Below are positions 30,188-40,620 of a stretch of 64,000 bases of DNA, one piece after another. The notes beneath the pieces are model-generated. The model made no database searches and was not told the origin of the DNA. It saw nothing but the letters and a program-made list of their open reading frames with translations. Source of the DNA: Oligoflexia bacterium (GTDB taxonomy: Bacteria; Bdellovibrionota; UBA1018); contig CAVWVI010000005.1 of the NCBI GenBank assembly GCA_963758495.1, positions 100,809 through 164,808 on the forward strand. The letters run 5' to 3'. Numbering within the stretch: the stretch's first letter is position 1; every line of letters starts with the position of its first letter. The translations under genes and the position numbers were made by a program.

Positions 30188-31375
30188 CTAGTGGGGGCCT
30201 CTATAGGTCAACTTAGAAACATTATTGAACCAAATACTCGTAAAATAAAGACTGCCATCCGGGCCGGGGGTAATTGCCACGGGATTGGAAGTGACATTTT
30301 TTCCGAAGGAAGTCTCGTTTCCTGTGGCGGGATCTAGGAGATGAATCCAGTTATTGCAATAATCCATGAAAAAATATTTCCCGACATACTCACTGGGAAA
30401 CTGCGGAATCACAGGATTATAAAAAGTTCCTCCCGTAATAGCACAACCGACTCTGTCATTGGTCTGAACGCCATGTGTGTAAGTGAAAATCGGGTTTGTA
30501 AATGCAGGATTCGAACTCATCCCTTCCGTCAGTGGCCAACCATAGTTTGCTCCCGGAGTCAGTTCATCGATCTCCTCCCACATTGCTTCTCCGACATCAT
30601 TGACGAAAATTTTTCCGGTTCCTGGCTGCACGGAAAAGTTAAAAGGATTTCGAAAACCTAGGGCCCAAATCGACTGATTGATTCCCGTGGTTTGCGATAC
30701 GTATGGATTGTCCGCCGGGATACTTCCGTCCCGATTGATCCGGAGCATTTTACCTAGTGTGGAAGTCAGTCTTTGAGCGTTGTCGATCATGGGCCAACCT
30801 GCGTTTTCACCCGAAGCGATATAGAGTTTTCCATCGAGTCCAAAATGAATTCCACCGGCGACGTGATAAATGGAGGTACCTCGATCATCCAGGTCGATCA
30901 TCACAGTCTCGCTTCCCGGAGTCGCTACATCCCCATTGGCAGTGAACCGGCTCACTCGTCCATGCAGAGTAGGGCTTTTCGCGACATAGAAAACGTAGAT
31001 ATAAGAGTTCTTCACGAAATCAGGATCGAAAGCAATTCCGATCAGACCGTGCTCACCTTGGGAGTCCGTATCCACCGTGAGAAAGGGTTGGGTTAGCAAA
31101 GACCCGTCCTTGATCACTCTGAGTTGACCGGTTTTTTGGCTAACAAACAACCTCCCGTCTGGGGAAAATTCCAGCGCGGTCGGCTCGGTCACACCATCGG
31201 CTACGAGGGAAATCGCAAAGCCCGGAGGAAGCGTAGGATCTGCTAATGAATTAGGAATATTTATGAAAGAACACATCAAGAGCAGTAAAGCACTCAGTCT
31301 GAGCCCCATCCCTCGAACAGCTACGCCATTCCATTCCGCCATAAATAGGATCTCCCCCGTTGATTTTAGAGCCAT
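30188..31375 (-). CDS. PQQ-dependent sugar (glucose/sorbosone) dehydrogenase
   Basis: GEHGLIGIAFDPDF, GKMLRINRDGSIPADNP, GFRNPF, NYGWP. Confidence 0.92.
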   Translation of the reverse strand: MALKSTGEILFMAEWNGVAVRGMGLRLSALLLLMCSFINIPNSLADPTLPPGFAISLVADGVTEPTALEFSPDGRLFVSQKTGQLRVIKDGSLLTQPFLTVDTDSQGEHGLIGIAFDPDFVKNSYIYVFYVAKSPTLHGRVSRFTANGDVATPGSETVMIDLDDRGTSIYHVAGGIHFGLDGKLYIASGENAGWPMIDNAQRLTSTLGKMLRINRDGSIPADNPYVSQTTGINQSIWALGFRNPFNFSVQPGTGKIFVNDVGEAMWEEIDELTPGANYGWPLTEGMSSNPAFTNPIFTYTHGVQTNDRVGCAITGGTFYNPVIPQFPSEYVGKYFFMDYCNNWIHLLDPATGNETSFGKNVTSNPVAITPGPDGSLYFTSIWFNNVSKLTYRGPH

Positions 31376-31532
31376 TCAAGCACGAGAGCCGATTTCTTCC
31401 AAACAAATACTTTTGCTTTCAATCATTGAAAAGAGATTTGCGAGTCGAGTTTTGGAGCTCTATTTTGGAGCTAGATAAGTGCTGTGCTTCAGCACTTGCA
31501 AAAATTTAGGAAAAGCGTCTTTAATAATACTT

Positions 31533-32042
31533 ATGAAACGCTCACCCAGCACTGGTCGGCAACTGTCGTTTGAAACGAAGCTCGAGAGCTGGGCTGAAGG
31601 AATGGATTATTGCGCTGTTCCAGTTCCGGCGAAAATCACTCAGGCCCTGGGGACTAAGGGCCCCGTCCTGGTCATGGCCAGGGTGAATCAATCAGAGCCC
31701 TTCAAAGTAAGCCTGTTTCCCGTCGGCGGAGGGCAGCACTATATCCGCATCAAATCCAAGGTTCGCAAAGAAACCAAAACCAAAACCGGCGATCGAGTGC
31801 GCGTGCGAATCACAGTCCTCGATCGGGCGGACGTCACTTATCCTAAAGACCTGCTCAGCGCCTTGCGGGCGGAAAGAATGACTGAGGACTTCAAATCCCT
31901 CCCTCCGGGTGAGCAGAATTTTATTCTCCGGCGCATCGACGACGCGGCCAAACCCGAAACTCGCGAAAAGAGGATCCAAGAAGCTGTCGCAGCGGCTCAC
32001 CGCAGAAGAGAAAAGCGCGCGAATCGTACTAAAGTGCTTTAG
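31533..32042 (+). CDS. DUF1905/YdeI-OmpD-associated family protein
   Basis: C-terminal DAAKPETREKRI OmdA-type motif; N-terminal beta domain. Confidence 0.75.
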   Translation: MKRSPSTGRQLSFETKLESWAEGMDYCAVPVPAKITQALGTKGPVLVMARVNQSEPFKVSLFPVGGGQHYIRIKSKVRKETKTKTGDRVRVRITVLDRADVTYPKDLLSALRAERMTEDFKSLPPGEQNFILRRIDDAAKPETREKRIQEAVAAAHRRREKRANRTKVL

Positions 32043-32182
32043 GCGGCGACATCTGATCTGGCTGCGAATTAAAAAAAAGATTCTGGCATGTTTGAAACGC
32101 GAAGATTCAAATGCTTTCAATGATAGAATTCCTATAGAATTTGAAGTCATCCATTTCAGATTATCAAAGAGGAGAGAAAGCC

Positions 32183-33016
32183 ATGTGTAACGAGAACAAA
32201 ACGAGGGTGTGGACCGGAAGAGTACTCACGACGTTGGCGGCTTTGCCTTTCGTCTTCAGCTTCATTATGAAGTTCAGCGGCAGTCCTCAGGTGCTTCAGG
32301 GAGTCGCCCACATGGGCTGGCCCGAGACGAGGATACCCATGCTCGCCATCCTCGAGGGGATCTCGGTTCTCCTCTACTTGATTCCTCAGACGTCGATCCT
32401 AGGTGGCATCGTTCTCACTGGCTACCTCGGTGGTGCCATCGCCACCCATCTGAGAATCGGCGAGCCGGTTGGGTTGCACGTGGTGATCGGGCTTTTGATC
32501 TGGCTTGGCCTTTTTCTCCGCGAATCCAGGCTCCACGTCCTGCTGCCGATCCGTTCCAAGGATTTCACTTACGTGCGGGAGATCACGATCAACCGCACAC
32601 AGGATCAGGTCTTCGCCTACCTCAAGCCGCTTAAGAACTTTCAAAGTTGGAATCCGTTTCTCAAGGCCGATCCCCAGGCGCGCTTGGAATATCAGGGCAC
32701 GGATGGCCAGCCAGGCTTTGTCGCCTCCTGGGACGGTAATGCACAAATGGGTTCTGGCGAACAAGAGATCACGCATATCCTCGATGGCAAGAGGATCGAC
32801 TTCGAGCTCCGCTTCAAGAAGCCTTTCCGGGCGACTCACCAGGCCTATTGGGCTGTCGAAGGCGTGGGAGCAAATCAGACGCGCGTCAAATGGGCAATGA
32901 GTGGAAAGACGCCGTTTCCAATGAGTCTCATCGGGCTTTTCATGAACTGCGACAAGATGATCGGCAAGGAATTCGACGGGGGCCTGAACAAGCTCAAGTC
33001 GATTCTAGAAGGGTAG
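32183..33016 (+). CDS. DoxX-like membrane domain fused to an SRPBCC/polyketide-cyclase domain
   Basis: GGIVLTGYLGGAIATHLR (DoxX) followed by REITIN..WNPF..GSGEQEI..IGKEFDGGL (SRPBCC). Confidence 0.8.
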   Translation: MCNENKTRVWTGRVLTTLAALPFVFSFIMKFSGSPQVLQGVAHMGWPETRIPMLAILEGISVLLYLIPQTSILGGIVLTGYLGGAIATHLRIGEPVGLHVVIGLLIWLGLFLRESRLHVLLPIRSKDFTYVREITINRTQDQVFAYLKPLKNFQSWNPFLKADPQARLEYQGTDGQPGFVASWDGNAQMGSGEQEITHILDGKRIDFELRFKKPFRATHQAYWAVEGVGANQTRVKWAMSGKTPFPMSLIGLFMNCDKMIGKEFDGGLNKLKSILEG

Positions 33017-33037
33017 CGCAAAAAGCCAGTCAAAGGC

Positions 33038-33883
33038 TCATGCTGCCTTCGACTGTTTCTGAACGCTCCTTATAAAATCAAGTAAGTCAGCGTTTACTCG
33101 CTCTTGATGTGTTGCAGTCAGTCCATGGGGTGCGCCAGGATAGTAGATGGCCTTTGCTCCTTTGATCAGCCTGGCGGATTTTTTCCCCGAATCCTTGACT
33201 GGGACAATCTGGTCGTCCTCACCCTGTAGGATCAGCGTTGGAATATTGAACTTCTTGAGGTCCTCGGTGAAATCGGTTTCTGAAAAAGCTTTGATGCATT
33301 CGTAGGAATTTTTGAGACCCGTTTGCATGCTCCAAAGCCAGAGTTGATCGAGCGTGCCTTGCGAGACATCGGAGCCCTGCCTGTTCGCTCCATAAAACGG
33401 CCGAGCCAGATCCTGATAAAATTTTGATGGATTTTTCAGGAGATCAGATCGCATCTTATCGAAAACTTCGATCGGCAATCCCTCTGGATTCGTCTCTGAT
33501 TTGAGCATGATTGGAGGTACAGCTGAAAGGAGGACGGCTCCTGAAACGCGTTTGGACCCATGACGTCCAATATATCGGGCGACTTCACCACCTCCTGTGG
33601 AGTGACCCACTAAAACGACGTCGTTCAGGTCGAGTGCCTCAATCACTGCTCCGAGATCGTCAGCATAATTGTTCATGTCGTTCCCAAGCGAACTTTGACT
33701 CGAGCGCCCGTGGCCTCGTCGGTCGTGAGCCACTACACGAAAGCCATTTTGTGCAAGGAAAAACATTTGTCCGTCCCAGGCATCGGAATTGAGTGGCCAG
33801 CCGTGGGAGAAGGTGACGACCGGTCCAGTTCCCCAGTCCTTATAGTAGATTATTGTACCGTCTTTTGTGGTGATATTGCTCAT
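33038..33883 (-). CDS. Non-heme chloroperoxidase-type alpha/beta hydrolase
   Basis: [31 protein letters not shown]. Confidence 0.92.
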   Translation of the reverse strand: MSNITTKDGTIIYYKDWGTGPVVTFSHGWPLNSDAWDGQMFFLAQNGFRVVAHDRRGHGRSSQSSLGNDMNNYADDLGAVIEALDLNDVVLVGHSTGGGEVARYIGRHGSKRVSGAVLLSAVPPIMLKSETNPEGLPIEVFDKMRSDLLKNPSKFYQDLARPFYGANRQGSDVSQGTLDQLWLWSMQTGLKNSYECIKAFSETDFTEDLKKFNIPTLILQGEDDQIVPVKDSGKKSARLIKGAKAIYYPGAPHGLTATHQERVNADLLDFIRSVQKQSKAA

Positions 33884-34016
33884 AAATAGCCTCCTGATCA
33901 AGCTGCATACATAGTTTTTATAGATTCGTGTAATTTTTCAGACAACTATCTTCCCAGGCTTGGATCAATTAAAGCCAATCCTGTTTCTGGATCTAAACGC
34001 TTCAACAGAGTATTCG

Positions 34017-34114
34017 GACCCACTGAGGGCTCCCATCGCCGTGAAGTGGGCGCTCGTCACTTGATATTTTTCGGCAAACTCACTCAACCCGGAAAATGCC
34101 TCGTCTCCTTGTAA
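34017..34114 (-). pseudogene. PPC/DUF296-domain gene fragment
   Basis: My translation: LQGDEAFSGLSEFAEKYQVTSAHFTAMGALSG. Confidence 0.55.
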
Positions 34115-34486
34115 TGAGGGCTCCTGCTATGAGTAATTGGGTTTTAATCCTCACTCATTTGTAGGATTCAATCATTGTGCCATAACGGTTCTGAGCCGGC
34201 CTAAGAAGTGGACGGGGGGGGAACTGTACACCTGCGGCGTAGATCGCTTTGCCCTTTGACTATTTGTAGACCTGCTCGGGCGTACACTCAGCATGTTCGG
34301 TAGGGTTTGACAGCGCAAGGGTCACAGGGCGTTCATTAGTCCTAGCAAGAACGAAGCCCCGATGAGCTGAATGGGTCGCCATACCGCAAATTTGCAAGGA
34401 CTTATTCCTGTTTTAAGATCCGGGCTGGGCTAGCTTAGGATCAGGCAGCAGTTTAACTCTCTCTCATGAAAGGAACCTAAGGCGTC

Positions 34487-35473
34487 ATGAAAGCAATTCA
34501 GATTCATCATTTCAACTCTGTTTCAGACTTAAATCCCAGGGAAGTAGAAAAACCGCAACCTAAAGAAGGCGAGGTCTTGATTAAAGTCGCCTTTGCTGCG
34601 GTCAATCCTAGTGATATAAAAAACTTCCAAGGCTCCATGACGAACACACGTCTACCTAGGATTATCGGTCGCGATTTCGCAGGAGAGATTGTTGAAGGCT
34701 CCATGCATCGAATCGGAGAGAAGGTCTGGGGTACTGGAGGCGACCTGGGTTTCGAGCGCGATGGAGCCTATGCTGAGTATGTGGTAGTTCCTGCTGACGC
34801 GGCGGTCCCACTCCCTAAGGATCTGGATCTAGCACAAGCCTCCACTCTAGGTGTGCCCTTTGTGACGGCTATGAGCGCGGTCGAAAAGTTCGGTTATAAC
34901 CTCACTGGAAAAACTATTCTTCTTGTCGGAGGAACAGGCGCTGTAGGGTCAGCTGCCACCCAGATTGCAAGTCACCGCGGTGCTAAAGTGATTCGCACGA
35001 CCCGCGGCGAAGTAGAGGTTCGGTCTCTCCCTAAGTTGCTTCAAAATGGAAGATTTATCGATGTCACTAAAACCCTTGATATTAAAAAAGAGATTATGAA
35101 TATCACGGAGGGCGGAGGAGTTGATTTCGCCCTCAATATGGTAGGTGGCTCAACCTTTGAGCCGACATTAGAATCCCTCGCTGAATTTGGAAGTCTCGTT
35201 ACAATCGCTTCAATCTCGGATCACCGAGTTTCGTTCAATCTTCTACAATTCTATCGTAAGCAACTCACCCATTATGGATTGAATACTCTTTATCTTACGT
35301 CTTCACAGTCTGGAGCGTTGCTCAAGAAGGTCGTAGCCGAAGTGGGGAGCAAGATGGTTCCGCTAGGGGGAGCAGAGATTTATTCCTTCCGTGATGCGCA
35401 GAGAGTCTTTGGTCAAATGATCGAAGGAAAGATCAAGAAACCTATTCTCGCTATGATAAGCACCGATGATTGA
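34487..35473 (+). CDS. MDR-superfamily NADPH:quinone oxidoreductase-like protein
   Basis: VNPSD, GRDFAG, GGTGAVG. Confidence 0.9.
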   Translation: MKAIQIHHFNSVSDLNPREVEKPQPKEGEVLIKVAFAAVNPSDIKNFQGSMTNTRLPRIIGRDFAGEIVEGSMHRIGEKVWGTGGDLGFERDGAYAEYVVVPADAAVPLPKDLDLAQASTLGVPFVTAMSAVEKFGYNLTGKTILLVGGTGAVGSAATQIASHRGAKVIRTTRGEVEVRSLPKLLQNGRFIDVTKTLDIKKEIMNITEGGGVDFALNMVGGSTFEPTLESLAEFGSLVTIASISDHRVSFNLLQFYRKQLTHYGLNTLYLTSSQSGALLKKVVAEVGSKMVPLGGAEIYSFRDAQRVFGQMIEGKIKKPILAMISTDD

Positions 35474-36539
35474 CGAATTCGGAATGCCCGCTCGCCTCCT
35501 TCTTTTAGCAGCGATATTATTTGCTGCATTTGTAGCTCGGGACGTAATTTTGCTTGGGTTTTTCTCAATCGTCTTAGCTGTGCTCATCAGTTTTCCTGTC
35601 AATTTCATGAATCGATTTGTTTCTCGCGGCATTTCAGTTCTTCTAACTTTATTGGCGATGCTGGGAATCATTCTGGCTCTTGTGGTTCTTGCATCGTCTG
35701 TCGTTTCCCAACAAGTGGAACTTCTGAAAGATCAGGTTCCCACGGCTGCAAAAAAAGTGCGGCAATGGGTCGCTGGAGCTGAAGAGTCAGCCGGTGTGTT
35801 GAGCTCGGTTAAAAAAGCGACTTCCTCGCATGAAAAGTCCGAAAAGTCCCAAAAGTCTGAAGAACCTTCAAGCTCACACAGTGAGGTGATGAGTTCTGCA
35901 GCAAAGATTTCTACAAAGGCGTTCTCGATAGTGATCAATTTTGCAGAAGCAGTTTCAGCGATCATTCTTGTTACGATCCTTGCCCTGTTTCTTGTCTATG
36001 ATCCTGAGGGATATCGTAAGGGTGTTCGTCTTTTCGTTCCGAAGCCTTATGAGAAAAATTTCGATGAAGTTTGGCGACGTATTTCGATTGGTCTAAAACA
36101 TTGGGTTGGCGGGATTTTTATTGAAATGTTGATTATGGGAACATTTGCTGGCGTTGGACTTTGGATCGCTGGAATTGATGGTGCACTCGTATTGGGATTG
36201 TTGACGTTCCTGGCTACATTTATCCCGTATCTTGGAGCGGTTGTAAGTTCGGTTCCTGGTCTACTCATGGGACTTGCTAAATCTCCCCATCACTTGCTCT
36301 ATGCAGCAGTTGTCTATTTGTGCGTGCACATCCTAGAGGGTTATATTGTGAGTCCATATGTCATGAAGCATGCTATTCAACTCAGGCCAGCGCTTCTGCT
36401 ATTTTGGCAAGCCTTGATGGGAACTCTGTTTGGAATCATCGGAATCATTGTAGCAACTCCACTTCTCGCGTGTCTAAAAGCCTTGGTGGGTTATAGTTAC
36501 GTGGAATGCAAGCTAGGAAAAGAGGCTCCCAGAGTTTGA
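35466..36539 (+). CDS. AI-2E family transporter
   Basis: FIPYLG, EGYIVSPYVM, GIIVATP. Confidence 0.9.
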   Translation: MIDEFGMPARLLLLAAILFAAFVARDVILLGFFSIVLAVLISFPVNFMNRFVSRGISVLLTLLAMLGIILALVVLASSVVSQQVELLKDQVPTAAKKVRQWVAGAEESAGVLSSVKKATSSHEKSEKSQKSEEPSSSHSEVMSSAAKISTKAFSIVINFAEAVSAIILVTILALFLVYDPEGYRKGVRLFVPKPYEKNFDEVWRRISIGLKHWVGGIFIEMLIMGTFAGVGLWIAGIDGALVLGLLTFLATFIPYLGAVVSSVPGLLMGLAKSPHHLLYAAVVYLCVHILEGYIVSPYVMKHAIQLRPALLLFWQALMGTLFGIIGIIVATPLLACLKALVGYSYVECKLGKEAPRV

Positions 36540-36762
36540 TCCATGACGGATTCTCCCATCCCCTTATTTTTAATGATAGGTGAAAAATAGACTCTGATTT
36601 TTTAAAATCTAAGCGAAGTCATCCATGAAGTTTCACTAGCTGCTTCTCTAGAAGGGGTTATATTAAGAAGAGCGGGTCCTAGAATTGAAAATATATCGCG
36701 GCTTCATAGGAAAACAGGACATTCGTTTAATGCCTAATTACTCTCAAGGGAAGGGGTTTTAC

Positions 36763-38013
36763 ATGAAAGATCGTTACTGGGTTTTGATTTTTGGAATATT
36801 AGCCTTGTCTGTTCTCCTAGGAGCAAAATCCAAGGTTCTTGCGGAAGTCACGACCCCTTCCCCTGAAAGCAAGTTAGACAGCACAAAAGAGAGTAAGATC
36901 GTCAAAAACACTGCCCAATGGCGAGAAAAGATGCTGGAACTTTATAAGACACTGGTCGAAATCACGACTGACACCAGTAGCGATCAAAGGTTCAATGCGC
37001 CGGAGAATAAAAGCCGGATCGAAAAGAATACTAAAAAACTAGCGGACCGAGCACATGACTTGTCAAAAAAAGGACTCTCCCCTGATGCCGATCCCACGGT
37101 CAAAATGATCTCGGAACAATTTCAAGATGAGACCAAGCGAGCCTATTGGGCTCTTAAATCCGGAAATCGCTCGTATGCAAGGGGAATTCTCAATCACGTT
37201 TCGAGCTACTGTATTGCCTGCCATACTCGAAATAATTCGGGTCCAAGTTTTTCTTCCCTTCCTCTAGAACCGACAGCAAAGAATCTTTATCCGATTGAAC
37301 AGGGTCGATTCTATGCTGCTACGCGGCAGTACGATAGAGCCCTCGATCTTTTTCAAAAAATTGTTGATGACACTACTGCTCCGATCGAACGACCTTTGGA
37401 ATGGGAACAAGCAGTCCGATACGGTCTTGCAATTTCAGTTAGGGTTAAGAAAGATCCTGATCAGGCCCGTGCCTTAGTCGAACGCGTGGTGGGTTCAAAG
37501 AAGGCACCCTTTTTCCTGAAGCAGGACGCTGTGAAGTGGAAAGACTCGATTGTGAAATGGAAAGAGGAGCTTCCCAGAAGAGCTCTGACAGAAGAAGGAC
37601 TACATGCGGAAGCAATACAGCTCGTTGCTCAGGCCAGAGAGCTTCAGAAGTATCCGATGGATCATTCAGCCGATGTCCTCTATTTAAGGGCTACTGCGGT
37701 TATTCACGAGCTCCTTCAGAAGTTTCCTGATGGCAGGTACGGTCAGGATGCTTTGTTCATGGCTGGTATGTCTTATGACGTTCTAAGGCCTCTCAGTCTC
37801 GAAGATATCCACGAAGTCTATTATGAAGCTTGTATTAAAAAAGCTCCTCATACTCCAACTTCAGAGATTTGCTATCGAAGATATGAGCAAAGCATTTATG
37901 AAGGCTTTACTGGAAGTGTTGGGACATTCCTACCAGAGGATGTGAAACAGAAACTTCAACGATTGGAGAACCTGGCCCATCCCGAAAGTTCGTCGGAAAT
38001 TAAGTTGGATTAG
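36763..38013 (+). CDS. Exported protein with a single CxxCH heme motif and TPR-like helices
   Basis: Signal peptide from ATG 36763; CIACH. Confidence 0.7.
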   Translation: MKDRYWVLIFGILALSVLLGAKSKVLAEVTTPSPESKLDSTKESKIVKNTAQWREKMLELYKTLVEITTDTSSDQRFNAPENKSRIEKNTKKLADRAHDLSKKGLSPDADPTVKMISEQFQDETKRAYWALKSGNRSYARGILNHVSSYCIACHTRNNSGPSFSSLPLEPTAKNLYPIEQGRFYAATRQYDRALDLFQKIVDDTTAPIERPLEWEQAVRYGLAISVRVKKDPDQARALVERVVGSKKAPFFLKQDAVKWKDSIVKWKEELPRRALTEEGLHAEAIQLVAQARELQKYPMDHSADVLYLRATAVIHELLQKFPDGRYGQDALFMAGMSYDVLRPLSLEDIHEVYYEACIKKAPHTPTSEICYRRYEQSIYEGFTGSVGTFLPEDVKQKLQRLENLAHPESSSEIKLD

Positions 38014-38020
38014 TTGTCCT

Positions 38021-38522
38021 TTATTTAGATACTTTAACTTCATTGACCAACGGACGTTTTTCCTCAAAATCCTTGACGTTCTGAAGAGTGGTTTCGGCAA
38101 TGTTGGTTAAAGCTTCTTGAGTGAGGAAAGCCTGATGTGAAGTGATCAGGACGTTGGGAAAGGTTAACAGTCTAGCCAGAATATCATCTTGAAGAACCTG
38201 TTCTGACAAATCCTGAAAGAATACATTTTGGGACACGTACAACCTTGATCCCGAAATGTTCAGCCGCAGCTAGGTCTACTTGGTTAAATCCAGCTGTCCT
38301 CAAAGCTATAAGTTGCGTATTTCCAGATTTGAGGATCTTCAAGGTGGCTTCATTCAATTGGTCATTGGCGAAAGCACAAACAACCGGAAAGTCGGTTGCT
38401 AGTTTTGCTGTTTCTTGAGTGAGTCTGGGCTCAAAATAGATGAGCTCATGACCAAATTTTTCATTGATTCCATCAAAGACTTTCCTTTCAAAACGATGGG
38501 TATCAAATATGGCTACTTTCAT
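38021..38522 (-). pseudogene. ldhA: D-lactate dehydrogenase with a large internal deletion
   Basis: N-terminus (..IALRTAGFNQVDL..KVVRVP) joined out of frame near 38228 to the C-terminus (FFQDLS..RLLTFPNVLITSHQAFLT); the NAD-binding middle is absent. Confidence 0.85.
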
Positions 38523-38593
38523 TTTCGGGTCTTCCTTTTCAGTTCTTGTGTAAGACTTTCAATTTTCCTAATCTTTTTATAGAATTTATTCAG

Positions 38594-38647
38594 CACTTAT
38601 ACATAAGTATAACTATACTTGACTACACTTATACATAAGTATAAATT
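38594..38647 (+). promoter_or_regulatory. Tandem palindromic TetR operator overlapping a sigma70-like promoter
   Basis: cacttatacataagtataa at 38594-38612 and 38626-38644 (ACTTAT-AC-ATAAGT); TTGACT at 38619 and TAAATT 17 bp downstream. Confidence 0.75.
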
Positions 38648-38653
38648 AGGTCA

Positions 38654-39274
38654 ATGACGAGATCAATAGGTGATGCTGATAAACGCATGCTCACCGCTGG
38701 CCGAGAAATCGCAATTACCAAGGGACTTGGTGCGATTCGGGTTCGTGATGTTGTAAACAAAGCCAAAGTCAATATCGGCATGTTTCCTTATCACTTTAAG
38801 AACAGAAAGCGCTTTCTGGCTTTATTGCTGGAAGAAGTCTACGGCGAGTTCATGGAAAAAATTGGGAATGTTACCACCAGCGAGGGGGACAGTTTAGGCA
38901 AGCTCCGAGAAGTTTTGGTCGTGTTGGGCCTAGCTCTCTATGAAAACCGCTCCATCATGCTTTCCTTCCTACAGGATATTTTGAACGACGAGCGCACCGT
39001 GATTCGTTACGGCAGCAAGAATGTACCTCCTCACGCTCAAATTATAATGCGACTTCTTGAGGAGTGTCGCTCCAACGGATCTCTGGATTTTGAGGATGTC
39101 AGGCACGTGATTCCTCTTCTCATTGGTGCTTATGGTCTACCTGCCGTGGTGGTGGGAGTGTTGGATCGTGTGGGAACGCAATCTGAGATATTTGACGTAG
39201 GCACGGTCATGACAAGACCCAGCATTGAAGCGCGGATTGATATCGTTTTGCGAGGAATAGGAGCGAAGTTATGA
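38654..39274 (+). CDS. TetR/AcrR-family regulator
   Basis: VRDVVNKAKVNIGMFPYHFKNR HTH; first gene of the ABC exporter operon. Confidence 0.9.
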   Translation: MTRSIGDADKRMLTAGREIAITKGLGAIRVRDVVNKAKVNIGMFPYHFKNRKRFLALLLEEVYGEFMEKIGNVTTSEGDSLGKLREVLVVLGLALYENRSIMLSFLQDILNDERTVIRYGSKNVPPHAQIIMRLLEECRSNGSLDFEDVRHVIPLLIGAYGLPAVVVGVLDRVGTQSEIFDVGTVMTRPSIEARIDIVLRGIGAKL

Positions 39275-40620
39275 GAGTACTTTTACTGCTGAGTTTTAGT
39301 CTATGGATCGCGACTTTTCCGGCAAGCGCGAGAGCTGACGAAATCGCACTGACTTTTCAGGAAGCGGAGTCGCTTGCGGTTCAAAACTCGAATACTCTCA
39401 AGGCGGTACATTCGGATTGGCAAGCGGCTGACTATCAGACGGCTGCTCAATTTCAGAGCCTTCTTCCTAGACTGAGCATCGTCGGAAACTACCAGTACGC
39501 CAATTATATTCCTCAAGTCTCTATTGGACCAGGACCGGCTATCCCCTTTGGCACGAACTCCACCTACAGTGTGGGCCCCGCTGTCTCATACACCGTTTGG
39601 GATGGACTCTCCTCTCGGCGCTTGTATCATTCGGCGTCACTTCTTGCCGAAGCTCGTGACCAAGACGTAAAGAGTGCTAAACGGCAAGTTCTTTTGTCTG
39701 TAAGGTCAGCCTATATTCAAGTTCAACTCGGAGTCGAGGAGTTACGACTTATTCAAGGGTCACTCGATCTAGCACGCGCACAAAATCGCGACGTTGATAT
39801 TCGCTTCAAAGCTGGCTCGGCTACTCGACTGGATGTCGTGACATCTCAAAGGGCGGTTTTGAGCTTTGAAATTCAATTTAAGCAAAGACAGGCCAATTTG
39901 TCGCTTTCTTTACGGGATTTAATGACTCTCTTAGGTCGGCATGAATCCAAGATCTCTCTCGGCCTGGGCCACCGGGGACGCCTAATGTGGATTATGTGGT
40001 TCGCCTCGATCCTCTTTCAAAGTTGCTCGAAAGAGAAGGCCAGGAAAGATTTTCTGAAGCCGATTCTCTTTACCCGACCGTCCGCTCTCAAGAGCTTCAG
40101 GCAAAGGCTTATGAGCTTGCAGCAAAGAGTCAGTCGGGAAAGGAGGGGCCCACCATCCAAGTTTCGGGGGCGGTCAATTACAATCTACCGAGCCTTCCGA
40201 ATCCTCCGAAATACTGGCAAGAGGCTGTGGGCGTTTCTTTGAGCTATGCCTTTGTTCTTTGGCGATCCAAGCCGCGCTCTCTCAGCTCAGCAGAGAAGTC
40301 AGGCTGAGGCAGCGGACTACCGCGCCAAAGGGGCCAAAGAAGATTTGGACCGTGACTTTAGCAAATCCCAGGAATTGCTCACGAGCCTCCAGGATCAGAG
40401 ACAGCTTGCGTACAAAGATGTCGAGGAATCCGAAGAAGAAGCAAAACTCAACTATGTTTCTTATAAAGCAGGAAAGCTCAACTACGTGGACGTCCAGAAT
40501 GCAAATAATCTAGCGCTTCAATCGAAAGTAGCAGCCACGCGTATTGACGCTCAGATTCTCAACCAAATCGAAACCCTCAAGTCCCTTTCAGGAGATAACC
40601 ATGACAACTCAAAAAACTAA
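39271..40620 (+). pseudogene. TolC-family protein split by two frameshifts (real or sequencing error)
   Basis: OEP sequence continues across ORFs 39271-40242, 39987-40307 and 40246-40620 (RFKAGSATRLDV; YKAGKLNYVDV). Confidence 0.8.

Noticed and set aside
34120..34480. Possible ncRNA or IS remnant in a long intergenic region
   Set aside because: I could not identify a recognisable structure or family motif
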